The notes under the pieces are model-generated. The model had not been told where the DNA came from and did not search any database. It saw only the letters and a program-made list of their open reading frames with translations. Positions 22,301 to 32,121 of a stretch of DNA of 51,211 nucleotides are shown piece by piece. Positions within the stretch are counted from its first letter, which is position 1; the number at the start of each line of letters is the position of its first letter. The position numbers were made by a program, and so were the translations under genes. The stretch is from Bacteroidia bacterium (GTDB lineage: Bacteria; Bacteroidota; Bacteroidia; Bacteroidales; VadinHA17): contig JAPLDX010000047.1 of assembly GCA_026391215.1 (NCBI GenBank), positions 1 to 51,211 of the forward strand. Direction: 5' to 3'.

Positions 22301-22382
22301 TACTCTTAATTACTTCTGCATCAACTGAAAGAATGGCAAAACTCGATAGGAAAAGCGCGAATATCAGATTTTTACAATTCAT
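19371..22382 (-). CDS. Secreted pectate-lyase-3/GH55-like beta-helix protein fused to a C-terminal SMP-30/gluconolactonase-like propeller
   Basis: Two beta-helix starts (ISADGKSDVTVELQAAI and LGAKGDGVNDDTRIIQDAI); C-terminal GGFEFAEG...DSKGNVYFSE and IVFGG...TLFVT. Confidence 0.75.
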   Translation of the reverse strand: MNCKNLIFALFLSSFAILSVDAEVIKSTSYYRNKPVDQEAVYFTPENFNISADGKSDVTVELQAAINKLKLEQNFGIIFIPEGTYVISGTIYIPAAIRIIGYGQKRPLFVLRKNTPGYQSPVLTDKGKANYMFWFTSSVAEQGTPVNDAGAGTFYSALSNVDIRIEDGNPSAVALRTHYAQHSFVAHCDIHTGNGKAGLFDIGNVMEDVRFFGGDYGIYTTKASPGWQFMMLDTYFEGQRIAAIRTQQAGLTIVRMSVKNVPKVIDIDPGFWEKLFMEDCQFINVKNAAISFDNEGNDVLQINLRNITCQNVPVIANYLKSNKQTKAPAPIYKIKKFVYGLQMEDLAENPEFRIIFEPEVLAKLPPSASTDIPSLPAMDEWVNIKDLGAKGDGVNDDTRIIQDAIDKHPVIYVPQGIYRISETLVLKPNTVLIGLHPIATQFVIGESTNSFSGFGAPKPLIETSQGGTNIISGIGLFTGEYNFRAVACKWMAGEGSMLDDVKFVGGHGTMVKGPSVRRGGSGNQGNKPSPIPGLDPAWDTQYWSLWITNGGGAIIKNIWTASSYANSGLYVSNTSTPGKIYAMSVEHHVRNEVRFSRVSNWKIYALQLEEESREGIWCQPMEISNCENMMFANLYLFRVIRFKTPWPYSIRTWDCRDIEFLNIHNYSQIKYTTDNPLFDINTGTEVRPVEMARLYISGNTPVNNSASSAVSVKMLAGGFEFAEGICSDSKGNVYFSEQRLKRIYKWSVETNSLDLLADYPWEPLSMACDSKDNLLVIFRYNPQPGYVMNGEQEKFTNPPDASGTSFSMWGNSGFTTLAYAIDPDNPDESFQPLQKVRMGSVANVYKALYPSNRWRDYHDFDKVVVNRNEECFIAPDEVTIIPVCYDLARSSGLSEAFPGKPVYLSNEYDKRTVKLDVDANGYLSGLMPFAEKGEFSSVPDSKGNVFIADGDIYIFDKEGRQNGFIHIPERPGTIVFGGRNKETLFVTGRSALYSVDPGKSISF

Positions 22383-22593
22383 GGATCAAAAGGATATAAT
22401 TATTAAAAGGATTTACCTGTTTTATAATGCCGGAGAATAAATATAAGCATATAAATTCAATTATAGCATTAATTTAGGTAGTGGAAAAAGATCTTTGAGG
22501 GTCTTATTAATGACTGTAAAATGCAATTTGAATTGACAAAAGTATCTCATAATTTTATTGCAGCAATATCAATTCTTTTAAAGACGCCATATA

Positions 22594-23658
22594 ATGCTTC
22601 ACTATAAAGAAATATTGTTTATCTGGATCGTCATGATCCTCTTATCAATAAATGCCTGTAGTCGCATTGAACCTGAACATAATCTTGTAATTACCACAAA
22701 TGATATAGAAGTCTTTTCCGAAGGGATTTACATATTCAGCGGCACAATAGTAAGCTTAGGGAATGAAACAATCTCTGAGCATGGATTCTGCTGGTCTGAA
22801 ACAGGAAATCCCATAATAGAAGGAACCTCAATCCAGCTGGGAGCCAGGAATTCAGTCGGAAGTTTCACCAGTACCGTATCTGATTTTACAGTGAGTACAA
22901 CTTATTATGTCAGAGCTTATGCAATAGCAGGTTCAATTCCTTATTACGGTGAGGAGAAAGCATTCACCACTCCTGAAACTTTAAGGCCTACAATAACTGA
23001 TATTGACCACAATATATACTATTCTGTAAACATCGGCGATCAGACCTGGGTGGCTGACAACCTTAAAGCAATCCGCTATCCTGATGGATCAAAAATTCCA
23101 TTGGTCGAAGACCGGCAGGCATGGTTTAACTTTTCAATGTATACTGAGGCATATTGCTGGTACGAAAATTATGCTGCCACTGGCACTATTTATGGAGCTC
23201 TTTACACATGGCCGACAGCAATGCATATTACTGCGGAAAGCGATATCAAACCGGGTGACATTCAGGGTGTTTGTCCGGATGGCTGGCATTTACCGAGCGA
23301 CAGTGAATGGAAGCAGCTTGAAATGTTTCTTGGCATGAGCCAGGCAGAAGCTGATGGAGAGAAGTGGCGGGGAACAGTTGAAGGCGGCAAGCTGAAATAT
23401 GAAGGAACCCAGAACTGGAGCTGGACAAGTCCGAATACAGGGGCAACCAATGAAAGCGATTTCCGTGCATTGCCCGGAGGATGGCGTGATGGCGCCGGCT
23501 ATTTCAAAAGTTTGGGGACAGCTACCAGATTCTGGTCATCTTCGAAAAGAGCTGATTATGCATGGGTACGGGAGCTGGATTACAATTCTTCCGGTATATT
23601 TCGTGATACCAAAGGTCTCTATGAAGCTAATTCAGTCCGTTGTATTAAGGATAAGTGA
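22594..23658 (+). CDS. FISUMP (Fibrobacter succinogenes major paralogous) domain lipoprotein with an FN3-like N-terminal domain
   Basis: Lipobox-like INAC; TTYYVRAYA; IGDQTWVADNL, YGALYTW, GVCPDGWHLPSDSEW and SVRCIKD motifs. Confidence 0.88.
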   Translation: MLHYKEILFIWIVMILLSINACSRIEPEHNLVITTNDIEVFSEGIYIFSGTIVSLGNETISEHGFCWSETGNPIIEGTSIQLGARNSVGSFTSTVSDFTVSTTYYVRAYAIAGSIPYYGEEKAFTTPETLRPTITDIDHNIYYSVNIGDQTWVADNLKAIRYPDGSKIPLVEDRQAWFNFSMYTEAYCWYENYAATGTIYGALYTWPTAMHITAESDIKPGDIQGVCPDGWHLPSDSEWKQLEMFLGMSQAEADGEKWRGTVEGGKLKYEGTQNWSWTSPNTGATNESDFRALPGGWRDGAGYFKSLGTATRFWSSSKRADYAWVRELDYNSSGIFRDTKGLYEANSVRCIKDK

Positions 23659-23734
23659 TTATCTCTGCCACCAATCCAAAATGAATTTTGATTGTTATTT
23701 CTGATTGCACAATAAAATGGACGTGAATAATAAT

Positions 23735-24418
23735 CTAATTCCCAAATCTATAGCCAATACCTGATTCCGTGATTAACAGCTCAGGCTTTGAGGGATTTTC
23801 TTCTATTTTTTTTCTGAGCTGAGCAATAAATACTCTCAGATATTGTGTTTGTTCAAGATAACTATAGCCCCAGATCTCTCTTAATAAAAACTGATAAGTC
23901 AGAACCCGTCCGCGATTTTTAGCCAGAAGCGCCAATAAAGAGAATTCTGTGGAAGTCAGTTTAATTATTTCAGTGTTTTTACGGACCACATGGTTTATCA
24001 TATCAATATTCAATGATCCAAACTCAAGTAAAGGACTATCTTTCTTTTCCTCACTAAATCTGATTGCAGCACGAATTCTTGCAATTAGTTCACCGCTTCT
24101 GAACGGTTTGGTTAAAAAGTCATTTGCTCCCCTGTCCAGAGCGTTAACAATATCTTCCTCAGTATTCCTGACGGATAATACTATAATTGGTTTAGAAAAC
24201 CACTCCCTGAGTTTTAACAACAGATCAAGTCCATCAATATCAGGTAATCCCAAGTCAAGAAGAATTAAAGACGGATGATAAGTTGCAGCCGCAATCAGAC
24301 CCTCTTTCCCATTCGAAGCAAAGATAGTGTTAAAGTTATGTGATGATAGTGATATCTCCAGAAGGCGACGAATCTGCACTTCATCATCAATAACCAATAT
24401 ATTGTTCTTTGTTTCCAA
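23735..24418 (-). CDS. kdpE: KdpE response regulator, copy 1 (TTG start)
   Basis: OmpR-family LDLGLPD, TKPF and YLRVFIAQLRKKIE...TESGIGYRF; directly after kdpD. Confidence 0.93.
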   Translation of the reverse strand: METKNNILVIDDEVQIRRLLEISLSSHNFNTIFASNGKEGLIAAATYHPSLILLDLGLPDIDGLDLLLKLREWFSKPIIVLSVRNTEEDIVNALDRGANDFLTKPFRSGELIARIRAAIRFSEEKKDSPLLEFGSLNIDMINHVVRKNTEIIKLTSTEFSLLALLAKNRGRVLTYQFLLREIWGYSYLEQTQYLRVFIAQLRKKIEENPSKPELLITESGIGYRFGN

Positions 24419-24425
24419 TTTCTAA

Positions 24426-27104
24426 TTATGATAAAATTTTATTTACATCAGTACTTTCGGTCGGTATCTTGACGGTTATTATTGCACCTCCATTTTTTCT
24501 GTTTTCAATTGTTACATTTCCATTATGAGCCTGAATAAACCCTTTAACTATTGAAAGCCCTAACCCGGTACCCCCTGAAACACTTCCTTCAAGCCTGTAG
24601 AATTTATTGAAAACGTTTTGCAACTCACCTGGAGGGAAACCAGGTCCTCTGTCCATAACCTGCATAATAAAACTCTGGTGGTCATAATACATTTTAATTC
24701 TGATAGTTGTTCCTGGGTTTGAATATTGAGTAGCATTAAGTACAAGGTTATTAAGGACATGCTCTATAAGTCCGATATCTATTTTTACAAGAGGCATTTC
24801 ATCGGGAATGCTGACTTCCAGATTAAATCTTTCGAGTTCTTTCTTCAGGACTTCAATGACTTTATTGGCAAGATCATGTACGTCATGCCAGTCAAGTCTG
24901 GGAGTGATCCTGCCAGACTCCAGCCTTGACATATTCAGCAGGTTATCTATAAGTCTGTTTAATCTTTCTGAAGCTTTATTAATCTCAACATATAAATGCA
25001 TATTTGTATTCTTATCAAATTCATCAGAAAGTAAGGTGTCAGATGCCCCCATTATTGTAGCTACAGGAATTCTCAATTCATGTGAAATTGAATTGAACAA
25101 GCTTTTATATAACTTATCTGATTCGTCAAGTACTGATGCTCTTCTTGCTATATCATTCAGAAATTCTCTCTCAAGCGCATTAGAGATTTGTGTCCTGTAA
25201 GCGTCCCAGAAGACTTCTTCGTCACCTGAAAGGGATTTCTTGTGTTTTAAAACTACAACCCCCAAATGTAACTTGTTCCCAATAAGAGGATAAAATGTAT
25301 ATTCGGTTGAAGGAAGAGTATCAGTAAACCGGCCAGCTTCCCTTGAGTGCTGAAAAGACCATTCGGCAATGCTTAGTTCCTGCTCAGAAAGGATTATAGA
25401 ATTCTCTGGTTTTATTATTTTCTCCAATACATTGTTTCCACCCTGAAGGATAATTGAACAATCAAGTCTTGAATACTTCCAGATGTACTTAACGGATGTT
25501 CTTATTACCTCCTCAATACCTGATGTCATTGATAGCTCCCTTGTCAACTGGTACAAAGCATTTGTCCGTAATTCTCTTTCCCTGGTAAGTCTTTCCTGTT
25601 TCCTCACTCGTGATGTCATTACTCCTCCTATAAGGGCTATTATAAAGTACATCATAAGCATTAATACATCTTCAAGTTTGTCTACATGAAGTGTAAAAGA
25701 GGGTGGTATGAAGAAGAAATCCCATATTAAGGCGCTTAAAGCAGCAGAAAGCAGAATTGGTCCTATTCCGACAAAAAGAGCCAGAATTGAAATTGCAAAT
25801 AATAATCCAAACGCAACAATCTGGTATCCAATGTACTCCTTTAGAGGATAAAAAATAATAGCTGTCAGAATAGTAAACAAGGCTGATACAATATAGTGGG
25901 AAATCCTGGAAGTGAATCCTGGCATGCTAAAGTACTTCATGTATTGATTATCCTCAGACTGACTAGATCCTAATACATATACATCAATATTGCCACTGTA
26001 CTTAATCAGCTTATTTATAAAATTTCTTAGAATAAAATATGACCACAGATTCCGGTATCTTGGTTTGCTGACAATGATATGCGTAATGTTTTCCCTTTGG
26101 CTGATATCCAGAATAGCCCTTACCAGATCATTCCCTGAAGTAGTTATGAATTCTGCCCCAAGCTGCTTTGTCAGGTTTATGTTTTTATTTAGTTGTTCCT
26201 GTTGACTTGAAGATAGCTTTCTGGTTGATTCCACATAAATAGCGAGAAGAGTAGCTCCCATTGTATAAGAAAGGTTTTTAGCCCAGCGAAGAAGTTTGGC
26301 TGATTGGGGACTTGGACCAATAACCGCTAACAAGCGCATGCCCGACTTCCAGGGTCCTCTTATTCGATTCTTCTGCATGTAAACCCGTAGTTGCTTGTCA
26401 ACCCTGTCCGCAACAATCCTCAGTGACATTTCCCGTAAGGCGGTAATATTCCCTTTTTTAAAAAAATTTCTGATTGCTTCTATTGATCGTTCGGGAGTAT
26501 ATACCTTGCCGTCCGCAAATCGTTGAAGAAGTTCATCGGGGGTAATATCAACCAGTTCCACTTCATCAGCTTTTTCAAAAATCTCATCAGGAACTGTTTC
26601 CCTTACAACGATACCTGTAATCTGAGAAACCGTATCTGATCTGCTTTCCAGGTGCTGGACATTCAGGGTGGTATACACATCAATTCCCATGTCAAGAATA
26701 TCAAGAATATCCTGGTATCGTTTAATATGCCGGCTCTCAGGTACATTGGTATGCGCAAGTTCATCAATGAGAACAATATCAGGCTTCCTGGTTATCACAG
26801 CTTCTATATCTGTATCCTCAAGTTTTGTTCCTTTATATTCAACAATTTTCCTTGGAATTATTTCGAAGCCTTTTAAAAGCTCAGAAGTATCAGGCCTGTT
26901 ATGAGTTTCAATATATCCTATAACAATATCTTTTCCGTTTGATTTATCAATGTGCGCAGATTCAAGCATTGAGAAAGTCTTGCCAACTCCTGCACACATT
27001 CCGAAAAAGATTTTCAGCTTGCCTCTTCTGCTCTCGTCTTCTTCGCGTTTTAATGAGGCAAGCAATTCATCAGGATCCGGCCGGATATTATCGTTATTGT
27101 TCAT
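24426..27104 (-). CDS. kdpD: KdpD sensor histidine kinase, full length (KdpD, Usp, TM, GAF and kinase domains)
   Basis: RPDPDELL, GKLKIFFGMCAGVGKT, DELAHTN, TTLNVQHLES, SISHELRIP and GTGLGLSI motifs. Confidence 0.96.
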   Translation of the reverse strand: MNNNDNIRPDPDELLASLKREEDESRRGKLKIFFGMCAGVGKTFSMLESAHIDKSNGKDIVIGYIETHNRPDTSELLKGFEIIPRKIVEYKGTKLEDTDIEAVITRKPDIVLIDELAHTNVPESRHIKRYQDILDILDMGIDVYTTLNVQHLESRSDTVSQITGIVVRETVPDEIFEKADEVELVDITPDELLQRFADGKVYTPERSIEAIRNFFKKGNITALREMSLRIVADRVDKQLRVYMQKNRIRGPWKSGMRLLAVIGPSPQSAKLLRWAKNLSYTMGATLLAIYVESTRKLSSSQQEQLNKNINLTKQLGAEFITTSGNDLVRAILDISQRENITHIIVSKPRYRNLWSYFILRNFINKLIKYSGNIDVYVLGSSQSEDNQYMKYFSMPGFTSRISHYIVSALFTILTAIIFYPLKEYIGYQIVAFGLLFAISILALFVGIGPILLSAALSALIWDFFFIPPSFTLHVDKLEDVLMLMMYFIIALIGGVMTSRVRKQERLTRERELRTNALYQLTRELSMTSGIEEVIRTSVKYIWKYSRLDCSIILQGGNNVLEKIIKPENSIILSEQELSIAEWSFQHSREAGRFTDTLPSTEYTFYPLIGNKLHLGVVVLKHKKSLSGDEEVFWDAYRTQISNALEREFLNDIARRASVLDESDKLYKSLFNSISHELRIPVATIMGASDTLLSDEFDKNTNMHLYVEINKASERLNRLIDNLLNMSRLESGRITPRLDWHDVHDLANKVIEVLKKELERFNLEVSIPDEMPLVKIDIGLIEHVLNNLVLNATQYSNPGTTIRIKMYYDHQSFIMQVMDRGPGFPPGELQNVFNKFYRLEGSVSGGTGLGLSIVKGFIQAHNGNVTIENRKNGGAIITVKIPTESTDVNKILS

Positions 27105-27676
27105 TTAAGATTATCTACCTTCAAATTTAAGAGAAATACATTGATCCTTGGTTCACCAAGTAATGAAAACTGACGTTTTTCAGTCAATTCATTTATTAGA
27201 CTAACAAGTTGATCATGCCTTTCCTGGTTCATTCCTCTTGCCTTGGCTACCCTGTTAACTTGTAATAGAGCTGCTGTTGGAGAGATATGAGGATCCAGAC
27301 CACTGGCAGAAGCGGTAACCATTTCAGGAGGAATGTTTAAATTCCCTTTAATTTTATTACCCTGAAGGAATTCTTTCTCTCTCTGAATAATCTTATTTAT
27401 TAAAAGCGGATTTAAGAGACCAAGGTTTGATGCGCCTGAAGGGAGAGGATTATAATTATTGAATGAAGGTCTTGACCAAAAATATTCCGGACTGCTAAAA
27501 TTCTGCCCAATTAATTCTGATCCTAAAATTACTCCATTCCTCTCGACAAGACTTCCATGTACCTCTCTGTTAAAAAACAAGGAGGTAATAACTGTGACGA
27601 TCGCGGGATATACTATTCCGGTAAGAATTGTCATTAGTGTCAGGAATCTTAATCCTGTAATGATTTGTTTTTTCAT
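27101..27676 (-). CDS. kdpC: K+-transporting ATPase subunit C
   Basis: GSELIGQNF, YFWSRPS, SGASNLG and TASASGLDPHIS motifs. Confidence 0.95.
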   Translation of the reverse strand: MKKQIITGLRFLTLMTILTGIVYPAIVTVITSLFFNREVHGSLVERNGVILGSELIGQNFSSPEYFWSRPSFNNYNPLPSGASNLGLLNPLLINKIIQREKEFLQGNKIKGNLNIPPEMVTASASGLDPHISPTAALLQVNRVAKARGMNQERHDQLVSLINELTEKRQFSLLGEPRINVFLLNLKVDNLK

Positions 27677-27683
27677 TTCATCA

Positions 27684-29780
27684 TTAAATCAAATGAAGTG
27701 CATTCAGTAAAATGTCTATGAATTTAATACCTATAAATGGAGCCACTAGTCCACCTGCACCATAAATCAGAATATTTCCGGCAAGCACCTTGCTTGCCGG
27801 CAAAGGCCTGTACCTTATACCTTTAATAGCCAGGGGAATCAATGCAATAATTATTAATGCATTAAAGATAACTGCACTCAGAATTGCACTCTCGGGAGAT
27901 GCAAGGTGCATTATATTGAGGGCAGATAACGGACCTGAAACTCCGGCAGAAGCATAAAGCGGTAATGCCAAAGCTGGTATAATAGCAAAGTATTTTGCCA
28001 CATCATTTGCAATACTGAAGGTAGTTAATGCTCCGCGGGTCATAAGTAATTGTTTTCCGGTTTCAACTACTTCAATCAGCTTTGTCGGATTACTGTCAAG
28101 ATCTACCATATTTCCTGCTTCCCTGGCTGCTTGTGTCCCTGTATTCATTGCAATACCAACATCAGCCTGGGCAAGTGCAGGAGCATCATTTGTCCCATCA
28201 CCTATCATACCTACAAGATGCCCTTTTGCCTGTTCCAGACGAATACGCGATAATTTGTCTTCCGGTTTGGCTTCTGCCATAAAGTCATCTACTCCTGCCT
28301 CTGCAGCAATTGCTGCAGCAGTCAGGGGATTATCGCCGGTAATCATTATTGTTCTGATTCCCATAGCCCGAAGCTGTTCAAAGCGGGATTTAATGCCGCC
28401 CTTTACTATATCTTTCAGATTAATGACACCGAGGATTCTAATATTATCTGTCACTACTAAAGGAGTGACACCCTGCATGGCAAGGCGGATTACAGTGTCT
28501 TTTACATTTTGAGGAAAGAAACCATTATTATCTTCAATGAACTTTCTAACAGCATCCGGAGCACCTTTACGGTAACTTTTTATTTTCCCATCTTCCAACC
28601 TGATATCAATACCGCTTATCCGGGTTTTGGCTGAGAATTTTATTAAAACTGTATCTGCAGTATTTAAATTTCTCCCTCTCAGGTTGAATTTTTCCTTTGC
28701 AAATACGACGATAGAACGACCTTCAGGCGTTTCATCAGTTAAAGATGATAGCTGAGCAGCATCTGCCAGTTCATCGATTGTTACCCCGTCAGCCGGGATG
28801 AAATCTGTCGCCATCCTGTTGCCTAATGTTATGGTCCCCGTCTTATCCAGGAGTAAAACATCCACATCACCGGCAGCCTCAACTGCTTTTCCGCTTGTTG
28901 CGATCACATTTTTCTGCAACAGCCTGTCCATGCCACTTATTCCGATTGCACTTAAAAGTCCTCCAATAGTGGTTGGTATAAGGCATACCAGCAGTGAAAT
29001 AAGTACCGGAAGGGAAAGATTCATGTTTTGTGGCAATCCCGAAGATTTAAGACTATAAGAAAAAAAAGCAGGTAGTGTAGCCACAGCCATAAGGAAAATT
29101 ATTGTCAATCCGGATAATAGAATCGTCAGAGCAATTTCATTTGGGGTTTTTTGTCTGCTGGCACCCTCGACAAGGGAGATCATATGATCAAGAAATGTTT
29201 TGCCTTGCTCTGCTGTTATTCTTATAACAATTCTATCGCTTATAACCTTAGTTCCTCCGGTTACTGCACTTCTGTCACCCCCACTTTCGCGTATAACAGG
29301 AGCTGATTCACCAGTTATAGCCGATTCATCAACACTGGATATCCCTCCAACTACTTCTCCATCAGAAGGTATAACCGATCCTGCTGAACAAACTACCAGG
29401 TCTCCTTTTTTCAATTCTGTAGCCCAGATTTCCTCTTCGTTTCCTGAATCAAGCCGGATTGCTTTGATATTTATCTTACTTCTCCTGAGGCTTTCTGCCT
29501 GGGCTTTTCCTCTTCCTTCTGCTATTGCTTCTGAAAAATTTGCAAACAATACTGTAAACCACAACCATAAAGTAATCTGAAGGACAAATATGGAGAATTG
29601 ATCTGAAAACAGGTTATTAAAAAATACTACTGTTGTAACTATCGCTCCAACCAAAACAATAAATATTACCGGATTCTTGATCTGGTTTGCAGGCGCTAAC
29701 TTGATAAAAGACTCTTTCACAGAAGTAAGCAGAATTCTTCTTGTTAGAAGTTTTAATTCTTTCTTTTCCCCGGATTTCAT
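27684..29780 (-). CDS. kdpB: K+-transporting P-type ATPase subunit B
   Basis: [24 protein letters not shown] and [10 protein letters not shown] motifs. Confidence 0.97.
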   Translation of the reverse strand: MKSGEKKELKLLTRRILLTSVKESFIKLAPANQIKNPVIFIVLVGAIVTTVVFFNNLFSDQFSIFVLQITLWLWFTVLFANFSEAIAEGRGKAQAESLRRSKINIKAIRLDSGNEEEIWATELKKGDLVVCSAGSVIPSDGEVVGGISSVDESAITGESAPVIRESGGDRSAVTGGTKVISDRIVIRITAEQGKTFLDHMISLVEGASRQKTPNEIALTILLSGLTIIFLMAVATLPAFFSYSLKSSGLPQNMNLSLPVLISLLVCLIPTTIGGLLSAIGISGMDRLLQKNVIATSGKAVEAAGDVDVLLLDKTGTITLGNRMATDFIPADGVTIDELADAAQLSSLTDETPEGRSIVVFAKEKFNLRGRNLNTADTVLIKFSAKTRISGIDIRLEDGKIKSYRKGAPDAVRKFIEDNNGFFPQNVKDTVIRLAMQGVTPLVVTDNIRILGVINLKDIVKGGIKSRFEQLRAMGIRTIMITGDNPLTAAAIAAEAGVDDFMAEAKPEDKLSRIRLEQAKGHLVGMIGDGTNDAPALAQADVGIAMNTGTQAAREAGNMVDLDSNPTKLIEVVETGKQLLMTRGALTTFSIANDVAKYFAIIPALALPLYASAGVSGPLSALNIMHLASPESAILSAVIFNALIIIALIPLAIKGIRYRPLPASKVLAGNILIYGAGGLVAPFIGIKFIDILLNALHLI

Positions 29781-29794
29781 TGAATACTAACTAA

Positions 29795-31471
29795 TTATTT
29801 AATAAGTAAAAGATGTTCCACTAACGGACCCAGCGATAAAGCCGGAAAGAATGTAAGCCCGCCTACTATTATTATAACAGAGAGCAGTAATAAACCAAAG
29901 AGCCATGTATCCGTTCTGAAAGTACCACCTGATAATGGAATAGTCTTCTTGCCGGCCATATTCCCTGCCATAGCCAGAACAGGAATAATGACCCCAAATC
30001 TTCCAATTACCATTCCCAGACCAGTGAGGATATTGTAAAATGAAGTATTCGAATTTAGCCCTGCAAAGGCACTTCCATTATTACCAGCTGCAGAACTGAA
30101 ACAATAGAGAATTTCAGATAGACCATGTGGCCCGGGATTATTGAGCCCTGTTATACCTGCTGTTGTCAGACAACTAATAGCTGAAAATGCCAGAATTACA
30201 AGATTTGGTGCAAGGATTGCCAGGATAGCCATTTTTACTTCAAAAGCTTCAACCTTTTTACCAAGAAATTCCGGAGATCTCCCAACCATTAAACCTGCAA
30301 TAAACACAGTCAGTATGATAAACATTATCATGCCGTAGATTCCTGATCCGACACCTCCAAATATTACCTCACCCAGCATAATATTGAACATGGCAACCAT
30401 TCCTGCAAGAGGCGTAAGACTATCCATCATTGCATTTATCGAACCATTTGATGCTGAAGTTGTTAAAACTGACCATAAAACACTGTTACTTAGCCCAAAA
30501 CGAGTCTCCTTTCCTTCCATATTATTTATTAAACCACCTATAGCAGAAAATTTGTACTCCGAATAATAAGATATCGACAGGCCAATTATTAAAAGAGTAA
30601 ACATTACCAGAAACATAGTCCAGCCCTGTCTGTTCGATCCGATGAGACGCCCATAAGTGAAGGTAAGAGCAGATGGTATTAAAAGAATTGCCAGCATTTC
30701 CAGAAAATTGGAAAATGGAGTGGGATTTTCAAAGGGATGGGCGCTGTTTGCATTGAAAAAACCTCCTCCATTCGTACCGAGCTGCTTTATGGCAATTTGT
30801 GATGATACCGGACCGAGCGGGATAATTTGTTCCGAACCCATTAATGTGGTTGCCTTAACATATGGATGAAATGTCTGAACGACTCCCTGGGCTGTAAGAA
30901 TAATTGCCAGGAGAATTGAAAGAGGTAATAAGATATAAAGTATAGATCTGGTAGAATCAACCCAGAAATTACCAATCTTATTGGTAGTTTTTCTTACCAG
31001 GCCTCTTATAATTGCCAGTAAAACCGCAATTCCTGTTGCTGCACTTAAAAAATTCTGAACTGTAAGACCTGCCATCTGTACGAGATAGCTTAAAGCCGTT
31101 TCCCCGCCGTATGATTGCCAGTTAGTATTTGTCACAAAGCTAATTGAGGTGTTTAATGCCAGCAACCAGGATGGAGCCGGCAACTTCTGTGGATTAAGGG
31201 GCAGATAATTTTGGCAGAGCTGAAGAAGAAATAAGAAGAGAATCCCCATGAAATTAAAAACCAGAAGGCTGAATGTATATTTCTTCCAGTCCATTTCCTC
31301 TTCTTTACATGAGATTAACCTGTAAATGGCTTTTTCAACAGGACTGACCATGGTTTTCAGAACATGATTCTCATCAAGAAAAACCCTGGCCATATATCTG
31401 CCGAGCAAAGGAGTCAGTATTATCAGTACCAGCAGGAAAAGAACGACCTGCGTAAAATCAGATATATTCAT
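29795..31471 (-). CDS. kdpA: K+-transporting ATPase subunit A
   Basis: TNTNWQSY, LGTNGGGFF, SNGS and GNNGSAFAG filter loops. Confidence 0.97.
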   Translation of the reverse strand: MNISDFTQVVLFLLVLIILTPLLGRYMARVFLDENHVLKTMVSPVEKAIYRLISCKEEEMDWKKYTFSLLVFNFMGILFLFLLQLCQNYLPLNPQKLPAPSWLLALNTSISFVTNTNWQSYGGETALSYLVQMAGLTVQNFLSAATGIAVLLAIIRGLVRKTTNKIGNFWVDSTRSILYILLPLSILLAIILTAQGVVQTFHPYVKATTLMGSEQIIPLGPVSSQIAIKQLGTNGGGFFNANSAHPFENPTPFSNFLEMLAILLIPSALTFTYGRLIGSNRQGWTMFLVMFTLLIIGLSISYYSEYKFSAIGGLINNMEGKETRFGLSNSVLWSVLTTSASNGSINAMMDSLTPLAGMVAMFNIMLGEVIFGGVGSGIYGMIMFIILTVFIAGLMVGRSPEFLGKKVEAFEVKMAILAILAPNLVILAFSAISCLTTAGITGLNNPGPHGLSEILYCFSSAAGNNGSAFAGLNSNTSFYNILTGLGMVIGRFGVIIPVLAMAGNMAGKKTIPLSGGTFRTDTWLFGLLLLSVIIIVGGLTFFPALSLGPLVEHLLLIK

Positions 31472-31474
31472 TGA

Positions 31475-31594
31475 TTACAATAAATGAATATGGAAAATTT
31501 TTTCAAGGAGTTTTGCCAGAAGATAACCTGCATAGAGAAAACCTGCTATTGAAATGAGGAATAAAATGACAATCAGAACAATTCTCCAGTTCAT
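31475..31594 (-). CDS. 39-aa single-TM microprotein in the kdpF position (divergent KdpF-like); not in the ORF track
   Basis: Hand translation MNWRIVLIVILFLISIAGFLYAGYLLAKLLEKIFHIHLL; stop is 3 nt before the kdpA ATG; ATG is 20 nt after promoter module A. Confidence 0.7.
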   Translation of the reverse strand: MNWRIVLIVILFLISIAGFLYAGYLLAKLLEKIFHIHLL

Positions 31595-31614
31595 TTTAAA
31601 ATTTTTTGGCATAA

Positions 31615-31681
31615 CAAAAATATACCGGAAGATATAAAGCCTTTATAAAGAATTGACTTACAGGTATAAAGAAATAATAAA
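31615..31681 (-). promoter_or_regulatory. Four-box KdpE-type promoter module A (kdpFABC)
   Basis: Minus strand TTTATT-atttc-TTTATA-N15-TTTATA-aaggc-TTTATA-N10-TATTTTTG. Confidence 0.8.
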
Positions 31682-31724
31682 TTTCAGGAGTTATATATTG
31701 CCGGCTGAAATACAATCTGAAATC

Positions 31725-31791
31725 TTTATAAAATCTTTATGCATTCCCGGGTCTTCTTTCTAACTTCTTAATAAGACTATATCTACTATGA
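31725..31791 (+). promoter_or_regulatory. Four-box KdpE-type promoter module B (degenerate -7 box), upstream of KimA-like remnant 1
   Basis: TTTATA-aaatc-TTTATG-N15-TTTCTA-acttc-TTAATA-N10-TACTATGA; 56/68 nt identical without gaps to the kup promoter (hand count). Confidence 0.7.
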
Positions 31792-31870
31792 CGGATTTAC
31801 TATATGGGAAGATTTGATTTAACAAACCTCAGTTGAGTCACCAGGTTTTACAACAATAAAGGGGAAAGGA

Positions 31871-32046
31871 ATAAATAGTACAGGTACAAGTTATTCGTTT
31901 GCCAGCAGACTGAAAGATAATTTTATAGGGAAAGCCAGAGCTATTCAGGACAAAAGGATATTTCACAAATTAACTCTGGTAGCATTTTTTACCTGGGTAG
32001 GTCTTGGGGCGATGGAATTTCATCTTCGTGCTGTGGGACTGAGGAG
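31871..32046 (+). pseudogene. 5' remnant of a KimA-like (APC-fold) K+ transporter gene
   Basis: INSTGTSYSFASRLKDNFIGKARAIQDKRIFHKLTLVAFFTWVGLGA, then a 1-nt frameshift near 32010 to DGISSSCCGTEE; ATA in place of a start codon; truncated after EE. Confidence 0.7.
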
Positions 32047-32121
32047 TTAGAGAATCTGGAACATTTTATTTTTCAAAGTTGTTGCATAACCACACTATCT
32101 TTTCTATTCAGAAGAGATTCT

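Noticed and set aside
22594-23734. FISUMP gene as a diversity-generating retroelement target
   Set aside because: No reverse transcriptase and no template-repeat copy of its 3' end were seen in the window.
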